From Minisyncoccota bacterium (GTDB lineage: Bacteria; Patescibacteriota; Minisyncoccia; Phycocordibacterales; UBA9973): DNA of 64,000 bases. Below are positions 15,986 to 26,342 of this stretch, in pieces. The number at the start of each line of letters is the position of its first letter. The stretch's first letter is position 1. Location: positions 5,921 through 69,920 of the forward strand of contig JAGOQI010000003.1 of the NCBI GenBank assembly GCA_017991515.1. The letters run 5' to 3'. Under the pieces are notes generated by a model. The model was given only the letters and a program-made list of their open reading frames with translations, was not told the origin of the DNA and did no database searches. The translations under genes and the position numbers were made by a program.

Positions 15986-18589
15986 CTAAGTACTATTGTG
16001 GTGTCTTCGGAAAAAATACTTGGCTCCTTCAACCAATCCAATATTAAGCACTAGCCAACCAACCACGAACCAAAGCCAAACAAAAGGTAATGGGGCTAAG
16101 TTAAACAATTTTAAACTAGCAGGTATTGTCATAGTCAAAGTAAGCATAGCTATAGCAAAAATAATACTATAATTTAATCTTTTGTTTGAAAAAACAGGAT
16201 AAGAAAACAATGGTTTTTTAATACTTCTAAATGAATAAGCAACAAAGAGTGTGTAAGAAGCAAATGAGACAAAGAGTACTGACCTAGCTAGTGACTCTTC
16301 AATACCTGACTTGATTAAAAGATAATACATAATAAATAGTAATAAAGAACTAGCTATACCTATCCCAAATGTCAAAACTTTTACCGGACCAGAAAATAAG
16401 GATTTGTTAACATCTTTACTACTATAACTTCGATCAAAATCTTCATCATAGGCAAAAGCTAAAGCTGGTAAACTGCCAGTAAAAAGATTGACCCATATTA
16501 TTTGTAATGCTGTTAAAGGCAGTGGTAATACAAACAAAAGACTTCCACCAATAATAAACACTTCATCCAACGAATTTGACATCAAATAAACAAAAGCTTT
16601 TCTAACACTAGAGAGCATTCTTCTTCCTTCAATAATTGCGGCACTGATAATCTGAAAATTATCATCTAATAAAACCAACCCTGAGGCACTCTTAGCAACA
16701 TCACTACCTGAACCAATAGCGACCCCTATATCCATGGCCTTAAGTGCTGGAGCATCGTTGACTCCATCACCTGTCATAGCAACCACTTCGCCTAAAGATC
16801 GATAAAGCATACCTACTCGAAGCTTATCTTCTGGTGTTACTCGAGCAAATATTTTTATTATTGGTAATAATTGTAATAATTGCTCATCAGAGAGTTGTTT
16901 TAAATCAGCCCCTGTTAAAATATTTTGATCTGCTATTTCCCAACCAATAGATTTTGCCACAGAAATAGCGGTGCCTTTCAAATCTCCTGTAATCATAACC
17001 ACTTTTACCCCTAAAGACTCTATTTTTTTAATAGACTTAGGAACTTCTTTTCTGATAGGATCATAGAAAGCTAAGATCCCTAAAAATTCACAATCAGAAA
17101 TATCTTCTGCAGAAACCTTTTTATTAATAGGAAGTGTGGCTACTGCGATAAGTCTTTTGCCTTCGCTACTAGTTTTTGTAATCCATGTTTCTATCTTTTG
17201 ATATTCTTCTTTTGATAGCGCAGCTGCGGATAATAAAATATCTGGAGCTCCCATAATAATATATTTGTCATCTTGAATTGAAACAGAAAATTTATGAACA
17301 GAACTAAACGGAACAACTAAGCTAGAAACATTCCTATTTTTAAGTGATTCAATATTAACCCCTAAATCTCTAGCTGTCTTTGCAATATTAACTTCAAAAG
17401 GTTTTCCCTTGAAAGACCAAGAAAAAATTTCTTCTTCAGGATTTTCAACTAAAACATCTACATTTAAAATTGCTATTTCCAAAAGTTTTTTGTCGTCTTT
17501 ATCTATTGAATCTTCAACTATTAAATCCTCCTCAATTTCATCAGTTCTATATACTCCTACAAGCTTCATATTTGCTTCAGTTAAAGTACCTGTTTTATCA
17601 GTCATAATTAAACTAGTCGAACCTAGTGTCTCTGCCGCCATCAAAGTCCTAGTAATACCTTTTTTCTTAGCTATTCTCTCAGCTCCAATAGAAAGAATAA
17701 CTGTCAAAGCAATAGGGAGTGCTTCAGGTACTGCTCCGACAGATACAGCGACTGACAAGATCAACATTTCTAATATTGGTTCTCCACGAAAAATCCCAAG
17801 CAAAAATATACCAATGACAATAAAAATAACTATAATAAAAATAAGCCAAGCTAATCTTGAAAACCCTTTTTGAATTGGAGTTTTAGCTCTTTTAGTGCTT
17901 GAAACAAGTGAAGCAATAGTACCTATTTGTGTAGTATTTCCAGTAGCCACAACTACTGCAGTAGCAAAACCTTCAGTAACAAGAGTTCCGGCATGAATCA
18001 TATTTTTTCTGTCAGCCACAGGCACTGTAACCGAAACAATATCTATATTTTTTTCTATAGGAATAGCCTCACCAGTTAAAAGAGATTCATCGACACGGAG
18101 ATTGCTAATATTTATAAGTCTCGCATCTGCTGGCACCCTATTGCCATATGATAATTTTATAATGTCTCCTGGAACAATAAGTTCTGAATCTATTTCTTGC
18201 TCAACACCACCACGAATTACCCTAGTTCTATCTTTGATAAATGTTTCCAATTTCTCTAAGGTATTTTCAGCATGATATTCACGATAAAACCCCAATCCTG
18301 CATTAACCAACACGGCTAAACTTATAACTATCACCTCTACCCATTCTTGTAAAAAAGTAGTTATTATAACTGCACCTATAAGTATAAAAATAAGTGGACT
18401 AGTAAGTTGTTCAAGAAATATTTTGAACGCAGTCTTTTTTTCTTTATTTTTAAAAATATTTCTACCGAATTCTAATATTCTTTTTTCACTTTCTTCATTT
18501 GAAATTCCAGACTGACTTGTTTCAAGAATTTCAAATATTTCATCCTGTTCCTTACCCCAAAACATTTCGTTTGTTTTATACTCTTTCAT
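15986..18589 (-). CDS. P-type cation-transporting ATPase (type II, Ca2+/cation pump-like)
   Basis: 867 aa; phosphorylation motif DKTGTLT, hinge TGDGVNDAPALK, ~10 TM segments. Confidence 0.9.
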   Translation of the reverse strand: MKEYKTNEMFWGKEQDEIFEILETSQSGISNEESEKRILEFGRNIFKNKEKKTAFKIFLEQLTSPLIFILIGAVIITTFLQEWVEVIVISLAVLVNAGLGFYREYHAENTLEKLETFIKDRTRVIRGGVEQEIDSELIVPGDIIKLSYGNRVPADARLINISNLRVDESLLTGEAIPIEKNIDIVSVTVPVADRKNMIHAGTLVTEGFATAVVVATGNTTQIGTIASLVSSTKRAKTPIQKGFSRLAWLIFIIVIFIVIGIFLLGIFRGEPILEMLILSVAVSVGAVPEALPIALTVILSIGAERIAKKKGITRTLMAAETLGSTSLIMTDKTGTLTEANMKLVGVYRTDEIEEDLIVEDSIDKDDKKLLEIAILNVDVLVENPEEEIFSWSFKGKPFEVNIAKTARDLGVNIESLKNRNVSSLVVPFSSVHKFSVSIQDDKYIIMGAPDILLSAAALSKEEYQKIETWITKTSSEGKRLIAVATLPINKKVSAEDISDCEFLGILAFYDPIRKEVPKSIKKIESLGVKVVMITGDLKGTAISVAKSIGWEIADQNILTGADLKQLSDEQLLQLLPIIKIFARVTPEDKLRVGMLYRSLGEVVAMTGDGVNDAPALKAMDIGVAIGSGSDVAKSASGLVLLDDNFQIISAAIIEGRRMLSSVRKAFVYLMSNSLDEVFIIGGSLLFVLPLPLTALQIIWVNLFTGSLPALAFAYDEDFDRSYSSKDVNKSLFSGPVKVLTFGIGIASSLLLFIMYYLLIKSGIEESLARSVLFVSFASYTLFVAYSFRSIKKPLFSYPVFSNKRLNYSIIFAIAMLTLTMTIPASLKLFNLAPLPFVWLWFVVGWLVLNIGLVEGAKYFFRRHHNST

Positions 18590-19728
18590 TATTCTGTAAC
18601 AAATGTAAATTTATATTTTGAAAAAGGAATAGTCTCTTGTGTCTTTTCTGGCAAAACCTCAGTAAGGGTAACTTTTACTCCACCAATGTCTTGTTTTTCA
18701 TCTAAAGTTAAAGTTCCTCTATTATTTTTTCCATAATTATTAGTAACCTGAACTTTAACCTTTACTGTTCCAGCCCAAATACACTGAACACTCTTTGGGC
18801 AACGACTATCTTCTACAAGTTCAAGAGCTGTAACAGATGTAATGTCTTTAGTACTAGAAACAACTTTCTCGTTAAATAAAGTGAAACTTTTAACCATAGA
18901 ATCTAAAACAGAAACTACTGCTTGTGTATCAAATTCCTTAATACCTGAATCCTTTGGATAATTAGCAAAATTTGTAGAATGAATTGTATGTTCTACTGCA
19001 TAACACTGACTATTTCTGACTATTCTATAACTAGTAGTATCGTAGTAGTTTCCGGCAGCACCTTCACTTAAGGTTATTTTAGTGTAAATTAAACCATTTA
19101 TATCTAAAGTCCCCTTTTCTCTTTCACCGTTTCTAGGAACTAAACAATTTTTGACTTCTTCTGGATCACTACTTGTTCCTACAGAGAATGTGGCTTCACT
19201 AAAATTTGTATTAGGTTGAAATTCTTTTGGTATTACTAACTTTGCTAACACAATACCTAAAGACTGTGTATTTGTACGCCAAGATGGTGTATACCCTATA
19301 TCTCCACCAGAAATATGTAAATTACTAGGATACGAAAAAGAAATAGTTTTTCCTTGATCAGTAAATTTTGATATACCATTTACATCTGTATCATTTGAGC
19401 TGTTAGCTACACAATTCTCATAAGTCGTAGCACCTCCTTCTTGCAACATAGCATCACTACCTTTACCTATAAAAACTACATTATCTTTCTCATAGCGAAT
19501 ACCTGAACCTGACATAACTTGATCAAGATCAAAACTCCTACCATCTGAAAGTACTAACTTAAGAGTTTCTGTTCCAAAATAAGCGTCCATACTCCCATTT
19601 GTACAAAAGAAATGTACAACTTCCTTTTGGTTCAAATCTTGCTTAGTATTTTTGAAGAGAAAATAAGCACCAAGTAAAACCAGTGTGATAGCTAATAAAC
19701 TAACAAATTTATTGTGTGTTTTCATCAT
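18589..19728 (-). CDS. hypothetical secreted or membrane-anchored protein
   Basis: ~380 aa from MMKTHNKFVSLLAITLVLLGAYF (signal/anchor); start moved to the internal Met to remove a 41-nt overlap with the upstream helicase. Confidence 0.5.
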   Translation of the reverse strand: MMKTHNKFVSLLAITLVLLGAYFLFKNTKQDLNQKEVVHFFCTNGSMDAYFGTETLKLVLSDGRSFDLDQVMSGSGIRYEKDNVVFIGKGSDAMLQEGGATTYENCVANSSNDTDVNGISKFTDQGKTISFSYPSNLHISGGDIGYTPSWRTNTQSLGIVLAKLVIPKEFQPNTNFSEATFSVGTSSDPEEVKNCLVPRNGEREKGTLDINGLIYTKITLSEGAAGNYYDTTSYRIVRNSQCYAVEHTIHSTNFANYPKDSGIKEFDTQAVVSVLDSMVKSFTLFNEKVVSSTKDITSVTALELVEDSRCPKSVQCIWAGTVKVKVQVTNNYGKNNRGTLTLDEKQDIGGVKVTLTEVLPEKTQETIPFSKYKFTFVTE

Positions 19729-19747
19729 TACTTTATTATACAGCAAA

Positions 19748-21403
19748 CTAAGATAGTAAAAGTAGAACCTTGGCGAGCTTAAGTTCATCGAAGCTATATC
19801 TTTGTCCTAGAGCTTTCCAAGCTGGAGATAACTTATCACTACCTTTTTTATCAAAAGCTTTTATGATTTCTGGAAGACCATTTAAAATATGGCTATCGCA
19901 AAGTCCATAAACTTGGTCATAAGAGAGTTTATTTGTAGCTTGCAAAGAAACAAGGTGGTCAACCACAGTACCAAGTGTTAAACCTCGTGCTTTCACTATT
20001 TCTTCCAAAGAGCATCCTTCTTTTATTAAAGCTAATGTCTTTTCGACTGTTGTAAGTTTTACTACTTTTTTTCCTTTTACTAGATTTCCTCCAAAAGCTT
20101 TTATCATATTACTATGCATTACTTCTAGATCTTTTGTGTCGAGCGCTTCAAAAGAACCTTCTGCTTGCAAAGAATTGTCTCTAAAATTTCTATCCATCAA
20201 TAAAACTTCTGGATGAACTTCAAGTGCTCTTTTGTTATAACCAGATAGGCTTATCCCAGAAAAAGTTCTGACTCTGGAAAGTGCTACATAACCTTGTCCA
20301 TATTCAAAAACATCAGAGAGATCCATTTTAGCTGCATCTAAACTCATTCCTTGGCTTTTGTGCACTGTAATAGCCCAAGCCAAGCGAAGTGGGATTTGCG
20401 AAAGACGAGCCTTAACCTTACCATCTTCTTCTACTACCCATTCCATATGAGGAATACTTATTTTTCTACCATCACGAAGTTCTATTATTGGATAACGAGT
20501 ACCAGCTTCAAAAGAAACAACTGTTCCAAGGGTACCATTCGCAAAACCTACTTGAGGATTATTTTTTGTACACATGACTATTGCTCCAACCTTAAGTTTG
20601 AGTTCTTCAGGTGAAAGACATCCTTTTTTAAGTCCTTCTACTAATGACTTACTGCCTTTTGTATCCATCAAGAAAAGTTCCTGCTTTTGAGAAAGTGATG
20701 CCAATCGTTCTTCATTTAGCGCATCAACAGCAATATTTTTTGTAAAAAGTTGTGTCGTATCATCCAAAGATTCTTTTTTGTTTTGTGTTCTAGACTGCAA
20801 TTCTTCATGATGAAAATCTTCAACCGAATTACTTCGTATGGCTGAGAGCAGTGAGAGCAAAGACTGATCTTCTTGTCTGTGTTGCTCTGTTAAGTAACAA
20901 GTGATGAGTTTTAAATTTTTCCAAGATGGACTTTGATAAGCAAAGTGTGCAGGAGAACCGAGCTTTGATATTGGTGGAAGTTGAAAAAAGTCTCCGACAA
21001 GTATCACCTGTAAACCTCCAAAAGGTTCAGGGTGTCCGCGAAGTGTACGACAAACAACATCTACCATAGAGAGAGTTTGAGCGCTTAACATTGAAACTTC
21101 ATCTATTATTAAAACCTTTGCATTATTTATACGCCTAACTAAATACTCTTTAGTAGAGAGTGCATCAAGATCATAAGCATCTAAAGAATTCTTGATTCCG
21201 AGCCCACTCCAAGCATGTATTGTCATGCCGTGAATATGCGTAGCAGCGATACCAGTTGAAGCAGTGATAGCAGGTTCAATACCGTGATCTCGAAGATACG
21301 AAATAAAAGTTCGAGTTACATGAGTCTTGCCGCTCCCAGGTTCACCTGTTAGAAAGACATTCGCTCCAGTCTTCAAAATAGTTAATGCCTGTTTTTGAGT
21401 CAT
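19748..21403 (-). CDS. pif1: Pif1/RecD-family 5'-3' DNA helicase with a C-terminal helical (HTH-like) extension
   Basis: 551 aa; Walker A GEPGSGKT; Pif1 motifs (..IIDEVSMLS.., ..LQVILVGDFFQLPPI..). Confidence 0.8.
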   Translation of the reverse strand: MTQKQALTILKTGANVFLTGEPGSGKTHVTRTFISYLRDHGIEPAITASTGIAATHIHGMTIHAWSGLGIKNSLDAYDLDALSTKEYLVRRINNAKVLIIDEVSMLSAQTLSMVDVVCRTLRGHPEPFGGLQVILVGDFFQLPPISKLGSPAHFAYQSPSWKNLKLITCYLTEQHRQEDQSLLSLLSAIRSNSVEDFHHEELQSRTQNKKESLDDTTQLFTKNIAVDALNEERLASLSQKQELFLMDTKGSKSLVEGLKKGCLSPEELKLKVGAIVMCTKNNPQVGFANGTLGTVVSFEAGTRYPIIELRDGRKISIPHMEWVVEEDGKVKARLSQIPLRLAWAITVHKSQGMSLDAAKMDLSDVFEYGQGYVALSRVRTFSGISLSGYNKRALEVHPEVLLMDRNFRDNSLQAEGSFEALDTKDLEVMHSNMIKAFGGNLVKGKKVVKLTTVEKTLALIKEGCSLEEIVKARGLTLGTVVDHLVSLQATNKLSYDQVYGLCDSHILNGLPEIIKAFDKKGSDKLSPAWKALGQRYSFDELKLAKVLLLLS

Positions 21404-21423
21404 AAGTACTTTATTATAACACC

Positions 21424-21657
21424 TCAGAATAAATCTACTTTTTGAATTTTATTTAATTTTTTTATCTCTGATTCCCTTTTCAAAGCTTCACCTTTTGTTT
21501 CAAAAGCTTCGTTGTATTTGAGTTTTACTGGCAACCGTCCACGAGTATATTTTGCCCCTTTTCCAAGATTGTGAGTCTCTAAACGCTTTTCTATATCATT
21601 TGTCGATCCGGTATACAAAGTCTTATCTTTACACTCTAAAATATAAACAAAATACAT
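21424..21657 (-). CDS. GIY-YIG nuclease-domain protein (UPF0213/YhbQ-like)
   Basis: 77 aa; [30 protein letters not shown] matches the GIY-YIG core. Confidence 0.75.
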   Translation of the reverse strand: MYFVYILECKDKTLYTGSTNDIEKRLETHNLGKGAKYTRGRLPVKLKYNEAFETKGEALKRESEIKKLNKIQKVDLF

Positions 21658-21700
21658 GTATTAATTATACTAGCTAGAACCGTTCTAGCTAACTTCTTGC

Positions 21701-22243
21701 TTACTTTTTCTTTGAGACTGCTTTTTTCTTAGTTACTTTCTTAGTTGAAACTTTTTTAACTACAACCTTCTTCATTTCACTTTTTGGAGCAACAACTGGA
21801 GCAGGCTTTGGTGCACTAAATGGTTGAGACATTTTCTCTATTGCACTTATAAGTTTATCTAACTTGAAACTAATATCAGAGAATTGCTTCTTTGTATCGT
21901 CGTTCGAATTATTTGGTTTATATGCGGGGCGAGTATCTGCTGGGCGAGAATATTCTGGTCTTGGTGAATGCCTATCATTAAACTCTCTTTTGCCTCCTCT
22001 GGTATCACTTGGGTCTCGTTTTTTATTAAAACAGTCACTACAGAAAACAGGCTTCTCTCCTGTCGGTCGAAATGGTACTTCACAGTTTTTATTACATTCA
22101 CTACAAACTGCCTTATACATAGGCTTATCTCGATCTCCTCCATAAGACTGACCTCTGTCTACACCCCAACTCTTATTTTGAAATACTGGTTTATCTCTTT
22201 TACTTCCTCCAAACCCACCTTTATTGTCTCGGAAATTTTTCAT
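21701..22243 (-). CDS. zinc-ribbon (CxxC-x17-CxxC) protein with Gly/Arg-rich N-terminus and Lys-rich tail; probable nucleic-acid binding
   Basis: 180 aa; CSECNKNCEVPFRPTGEKPVFCSDCF zinc ribbon; RGG-like FGGSKRDKP/GGDRDKP repeats; C-terminal KKVVVKKVSTKKVTKKKAVSKKK. Confidence 0.6.
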   Translation of the reverse strand: MKNFRDNKGGFGGSKRDKPVFQNKSWGVDRGQSYGGDRDKPMYKAVCSECNKNCEVPFRPTGEKPVFCSDCFNKKRDPSDTRGGKREFNDRHSPRPEYSRPADTRPAYKPNNSNDDTKKQFSDISFKLDKLISAIEKMSQPFSAPKPAPVVAPKSEMKKVVVKKVSTKKVTKKKAVSKKK

Positions 22244-22280
22244 ACCTAAAGTCTATGCTTTTTGAAGCTAATTAGCAATT

Positions 22281-23540
22281 TTAAGCGTGTGTTCCTGCGA
22301 CAAAACCAGTTGTCCAACAAAGTTGTAGTGAGAAACCTCCAGAAGGCCTATTTACATGCAACAAGTCTCCGGTAATAAATAAATTATCTAATATTTTGGA
22401 ACGCATAGTTTTAGTGTCCATTTCTAACAATGGCACACCTCCATCAGCAACTACTGCTCGGTCATAACCCATCAACCCACTAATGGTTAACGGTAAAGCT
22501 TTCAATTTTTCAACCAATAGTTTGCGTTGCTCTTTAGTAATACTGTGGACTTTAGTATTAGGGTCGATACTTGGGAATAATAACCACATAGCACTTGTCA
22601 TACCTGCAGGCACTATTTCACCAACAATATTTTTTATAATTTTATTTTTATTAGCATCAAATACAGAAATTATTTTTTCTTCTAAAATCTTAGAATTAAT
22701 CCCTGCAAAAACATCAATCTGCGCAGTGACTATCCCATCATGCAACAAATCTGCTACCTTTTTAGCACTGTTTAAAATAAGAGGTCCTGAAATACCAAAA
22801 TGAGTAAATAAAATGCTACCTGTTTTTGAAAAAACTTTTTGTTTTAAACCATTTCTTTCAACAAAAAAATTAATTTTCATAGAATCAAGAGAAACTCCAG
22901 ATATCAAGTGTCCCCAGGACTCTTTGGTCGCCAATGGCACAATAGTAGGAGTAGGTGTATTTATACTGTGCCCAAGAGCTTTAAGCCAATTAAAACCATC
23001 TCCTGTTGAACCTGTCTCTGGATGAGATAATCCTCCTGTAGCTAAGATATAAGAAGTCGCAGTATAAGTAACATCACCAGAGATAACACCCACAACAAGT
23101 TTATCTTCTTTGAGAATACGAGAGACTTTTGAATTAGATCTTACAACAACACTACCATCCTTTAAATATCTTTCTAGTATTGTAAATACATCAAAAGCTT
23201 TTTCTGTATGAGGAAAAACGCGTTTATGTGCTTGTACAACTAATGGTAAATTTAATTTTTCAAAAAAATTAAATGTATCTTTATTGTTGAACTGGGCAAA
23301 AGTAGAATATAAAAACTGTGCAGAATTTCCATAATATTTCAGTAGTGCGTGCATATCCTCTTCAGCGTTAGTGATATTACATCGACCACCTCCACTAATC
23401 TTCAACTTTTTACCAAGAGTTGTATTTTTCTCAAGTAGTAAAACCTTTTTACCCAACTGTGCTGCACGGCCCGCGGCCATCATTCCTGATGCCCCACCAC
23501 CAATCACGATTACATCATAAGTTGTTTTATTTTCTATCAC
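22281..23540 (-). CDS. FAD-dependent flavoprotein, HI0933/BaiN family
   Basis: 419 aa; N-terminal Rossmann YDVIVIGGGASGMMAAGRAAQLGKKVLLLEKN...GGGRCNITN. Confidence 0.8.
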   Translation of the reverse strand: MIENKTTYDVIVIGGGASGMMAAGRAAQLGKKVLLLEKNTTLGKKLKISGGGRCNITNAEEDMHALLKYYGNSAQFLYSTFAQFNNKDTFNFFEKLNLPLVVQAHKRVFPHTEKAFDVFTILERYLKDGSVVVRSNSKVSRILKEDKLVVGVISGDVTYTATSYILATGGLSHPETGSTGDGFNWLKALGHSINTPTPTIVPLATKESWGHLISGVSLDSMKINFFVERNGLKQKVFSKTGSILFTHFGISGPLILNSAKKVADLLHDGIVTAQIDVFAGINSKILEEKIISVFDANKNKIIKNIVGEIVPAGMTSAMWLLFPSIDPNTKVHSITKEQRKLLVEKLKALPLTISGLMGYDRAVVADGGVPLLEMDTKTMRSKILDNLFITGDLLHVNRPSGGFSLQLCWTTGFVAGTHA

Positions 23541-23543
23541 AAA

Positions 23544-25058
23544 TTATTTTGATCTTAATTCTCCAATAATCTCTTCCAAATCTTTATGTCGTTCTTTTAT
23601 ACTTTGGCTTTTTATAAGCCAAAAGGTTTTATTCTTAAATTCATTTATAAATTCATAATCGTGAGTTACTAGGAGTATCGTACTTTTTGAAACATTACAA
23701 GCATCAAGCAATATTTGCCAAGTGACTTCGTCTAAATGGTTTGTTGGTTCATCTAAAACTATGAAGTCTGGACTGGTTCCAAACACGAGAGCAAAACGTA
23801 TACGCATGCGCTCTCCACCAGAGAGTGTCGAGATAGGTACATCCATTTTGTCACTATCAAATCGCATAGCTCCGAGTGCCGCGCGACCTTTTTCGTCTAT
23901 AAGCCTAAGTCTTTCTGTGACAACTTCAAGAGCACTTTTTGTCCCATCAAACTCTGCGTGTTGATCAAAATAACTAGTAGTTAAGTCCTCAGCCCAAGTA
24001 ACACTCCCGCTTGTAAAAGGTTCATTCCCTGTCAGACATTTTAAAAATGTAGACTTACCTGAACCATTTCTTCCTAAAAGCACTATATGTTTTCCTGTAC
24101 GAAGTTCTAAGTTTATATCTTTGAAAATATCACCCTTGTTGCCTTTGTAACGAAACCTAGCATCTTCTACACGACAAAGAAGCTTGCCTCCGTGAAAATC
24201 TGCGCCCCCATGTCGTAATCTTATAGCAGATCTTTTGTCGCTAGCTCTAGGAGCTTCTTTTTGTTTTTCTTTAAGCTCTTGTAGCTCAGCTTTTCTTTTC
24301 AAATAAGCAGAAACTTCTTTCCCTCGAAAGGCTTTTGATTCTAAAATAGGCATCATCGCCATTAACTGTTTTATACGTCTAGAATCTTTATCAAAATCTC
24401 TTTGCATACCAGCAATACGAGTGAGCCTGTTGTCTATATAATCCTGATAACCTCCTTCAGAAATATAAACTTTTTTATTTACTACCTCTGCCACCTTTGT
24501 TGCGACTGCATCTATCATCAACCTATCATGAGAAACAAATAAAACTCCACCTCGATAATCAGCTAAGAGTTTAGTTAGTTCTAGACGACTAACAATATCT
24601 AAATGGTTCTCAGGTTCATCAAGAAGTAGAAAGTCTGGAGAAACAGCCAAACCTACACTCAAAGCCAAAATTTTTTGTTGACCTCCAGAAAGGAATCGGC
24701 AACCCTTGGAAATATTTTTTTCTAAATTAAAACCAAGAACAAAACCACTAGCGAATACTTTTTTATATAAAGATATACCGGCATATTTATTTATATATTC
24801 TTCTATGGTTAATTCTAAATTTTCATCCCCAAACTCTTGCGGAACATAGTGAGTACGAATGTGACCATTTTTCTCTATTGTTCCTGAAGTTTGTTCAATT
24901 GATCCTGTTATTATTTTCAAAAGTGTAGACTTACCTGTACCATTATCCCCAACAATACAAATTCGTTCATCATCTGTAAACTTAAAAGAAACACCCTCTA
25001 AAATGGATTTTTCAAAAAAAGATTGAGTTATATTTTTTACAGATATAGTTTTTGACAT
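23544..25058 (-). CDS. ABC-F family ATPase (two tandem ABC domains, no TM domain)
   Basis: 504 aa; two Walker A (GDNGTGKST, GRNGSGKST), two signature LSGG motifs and two Walker B (LLLDEP, IVLDEP). Confidence 0.85.
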   Translation of the reverse strand: MSKTISVKNITQSFFEKSILEGVSFKFTDDERICIVGDNGTGKSTLLKIITGSIEQTSGTIEKNGHIRTHYVPQEFGDENLELTIEEYINKYAGISLYKKVFASGFVLGFNLEKNISKGCRFLSGGQQKILALSVGLAVSPDFLLLDEPENHLDIVSRLELTKLLADYRGGVLFVSHDRLMIDAVATKVAEVVNKKVYISEGGYQDYIDNRLTRIAGMQRDFDKDSRRIKQLMAMMPILESKAFRGKEVSAYLKRKAELQELKEKQKEAPRASDKRSAIRLRHGGADFHGGKLLCRVEDARFRYKGNKGDIFKDINLELRTGKHIVLLGRNGSGKSTFLKCLTGNEPFTSGSVTWAEDLTTSYFDQHAEFDGTKSALEVVTERLRLIDEKGRAALGAMRFDSDKMDVPISTLSGGERMRIRFALVFGTSPDFIVLDEPTNHLDEVTWQILLDACNVSKSTILLVTHDYEFINEFKNKTFWLIKSQSIKERHKDLEEIIGELRSK

Positions 25059-25177
25059 AGAAATACAAGGTCTTCGAGTTTACACTAGTACTGTGTACTT
25101 GCCTTGCAATCTGAAGCCCTTACTATATAAGGGTTATAATATCATTATTATACTACAAAAAAATATAAAAACAATTT

Positions 25178-26263
25178 TTATATTTTTTCACTCTTTCCTC
25201 TATTATGCGGAGAAAAAATTCTATTCCACCAAGGCTTTACTATTCTGTGATGTTTAAACAAAACATGATCTAGAGTAAAGACTTCTGGTTGAACAAGAAG
25301 ATTGAAAGAAATACCATAAAGTAAAAGATGTGGCCAGACTAACTCTCTAAAATAAAATAGTGACAAGGTTATATAAAACAAGCTAACTAAAACAGTTAAC
25401 CTTATTTCAAAACCTAAAATAATAAACAAGCCTATTATTATTTCAACTATACCAGCTCCGAGTGTCACAAGAAGTGGGTCTGACGGGAAAAGCCAGTGAA
25501 AATTTGTTAAATGCCAAGTATTAACTACATCTATTGTAAGTTCTGGGTGTAAAAGCTTGACTGTTAGTCCTGCGTATAAAAGAGCAAAGCCATACATAAT
25601 ACGAACGATAACAGTTTCATATTTTTCAAATTTTTTAAATTTTCTGAGGGGTCCAAAAAGATATTTATCAACAGAGAAAACTCTCATCCCAAACAAAAGT
25701 AGAACTATTAATTCTCCTAAGTAGTTAAAATAAGTAAAAATATAAGAACCAAATAGACTAAAGCTAAATAAGAAAATAATAATCCCTAAAAATGCAGCCA
25801 ACTCAGTCATAAAACCTATAGCAATCATAGCGCTTATAAAATAAAGAGATATCTTAAATACTTGTTGAATAGGAAAAGAAGACAAATAAAGCTCTGGTCC
25901 TAAGAAAGAATTACTATAAGCAGAGAAGAAAAGAGCTATAGCAACAGTAAAACGAACAAAGTGAGGACCGAAATGAGCATACTTTTCAAAAAACTTGTCT
26001 ATCCCCTTACCTACACCATGTCTTCTGAGATAATAGTTTATAGCTAGAACTGATATTATCGACAACCCTATAATAATAGTTAGCCTTATATTATTACTAT
26101 TTTTTAGAGCATCAAAAGCATGTGAGCTCAGAGGGCCTTTTATACTAGACCAGAAAGTATCATGAGGTAGAACATACGCCTCATGAGCAAATGTTTTTCT
26201 AAAAAGAATTAAGAAACTCAGAGTAGAAAGAGTTATTATTTTAAACATATGTATATTGTACAC
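25178..26263 (-). CDS. hypothetical polytopic membrane protein with N-terminal signal-like segment
   Basis: 361 aa; ~8 hydrophobic helices; no family recognised. Confidence 0.5.
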   Translation of the reverse strand: MYNIHMFKIITLSTLSFLILFRKTFAHEAYVLPHDTFWSSIKGPLSSHAFDALKNSNNIRLTIIIGLSIISVLAINYYLRRHGVGKGIDKFFEKYAHFGPHFVRFTVAIALFFSAYSNSFLGPELYLSSFPIQQVFKISLYFISAMIAIGFMTELAAFLGIIIFLFSFSLFGSYIFTYFNYLGELIVLLLFGMRVFSVDKYLFGPLRKFKKFEKYETVIVRIMYGFALLYAGLTVKLLHPELTIDVVNTWHLTNFHWLFPSDPLLVTLGAGIVEIIIGLFIILGFEIRLTVLVSLFYITLSLFYFRELVWPHLLLYGISFNLLVQPEVFTLDHVLFKHHRIVKPWWNRIFSPHNRGKSEKI

Positions 26264-26342
26264 CTATCAAAAACCTTAACAAAGCTCGCTTGTTTACTTA
26301 TTCTAAAGTATAATAGCTTCATAATTAGATTAATATAAAAAT

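Noticed and set aside
17409-17873. 154-aa plus-strand ORF
   Set aside because: Antisense to the P-type ATPase; Ser/Ile-rich low-complexity translation
21859-22249. three overlapping 93-94-aa ORFs on both strands
   Set aside because: Overlap the 21701-22243 gene, whose frame alone shows a coherent zinc ribbon, RGG repeats and a Lys tail and is co-oriented with neighbours
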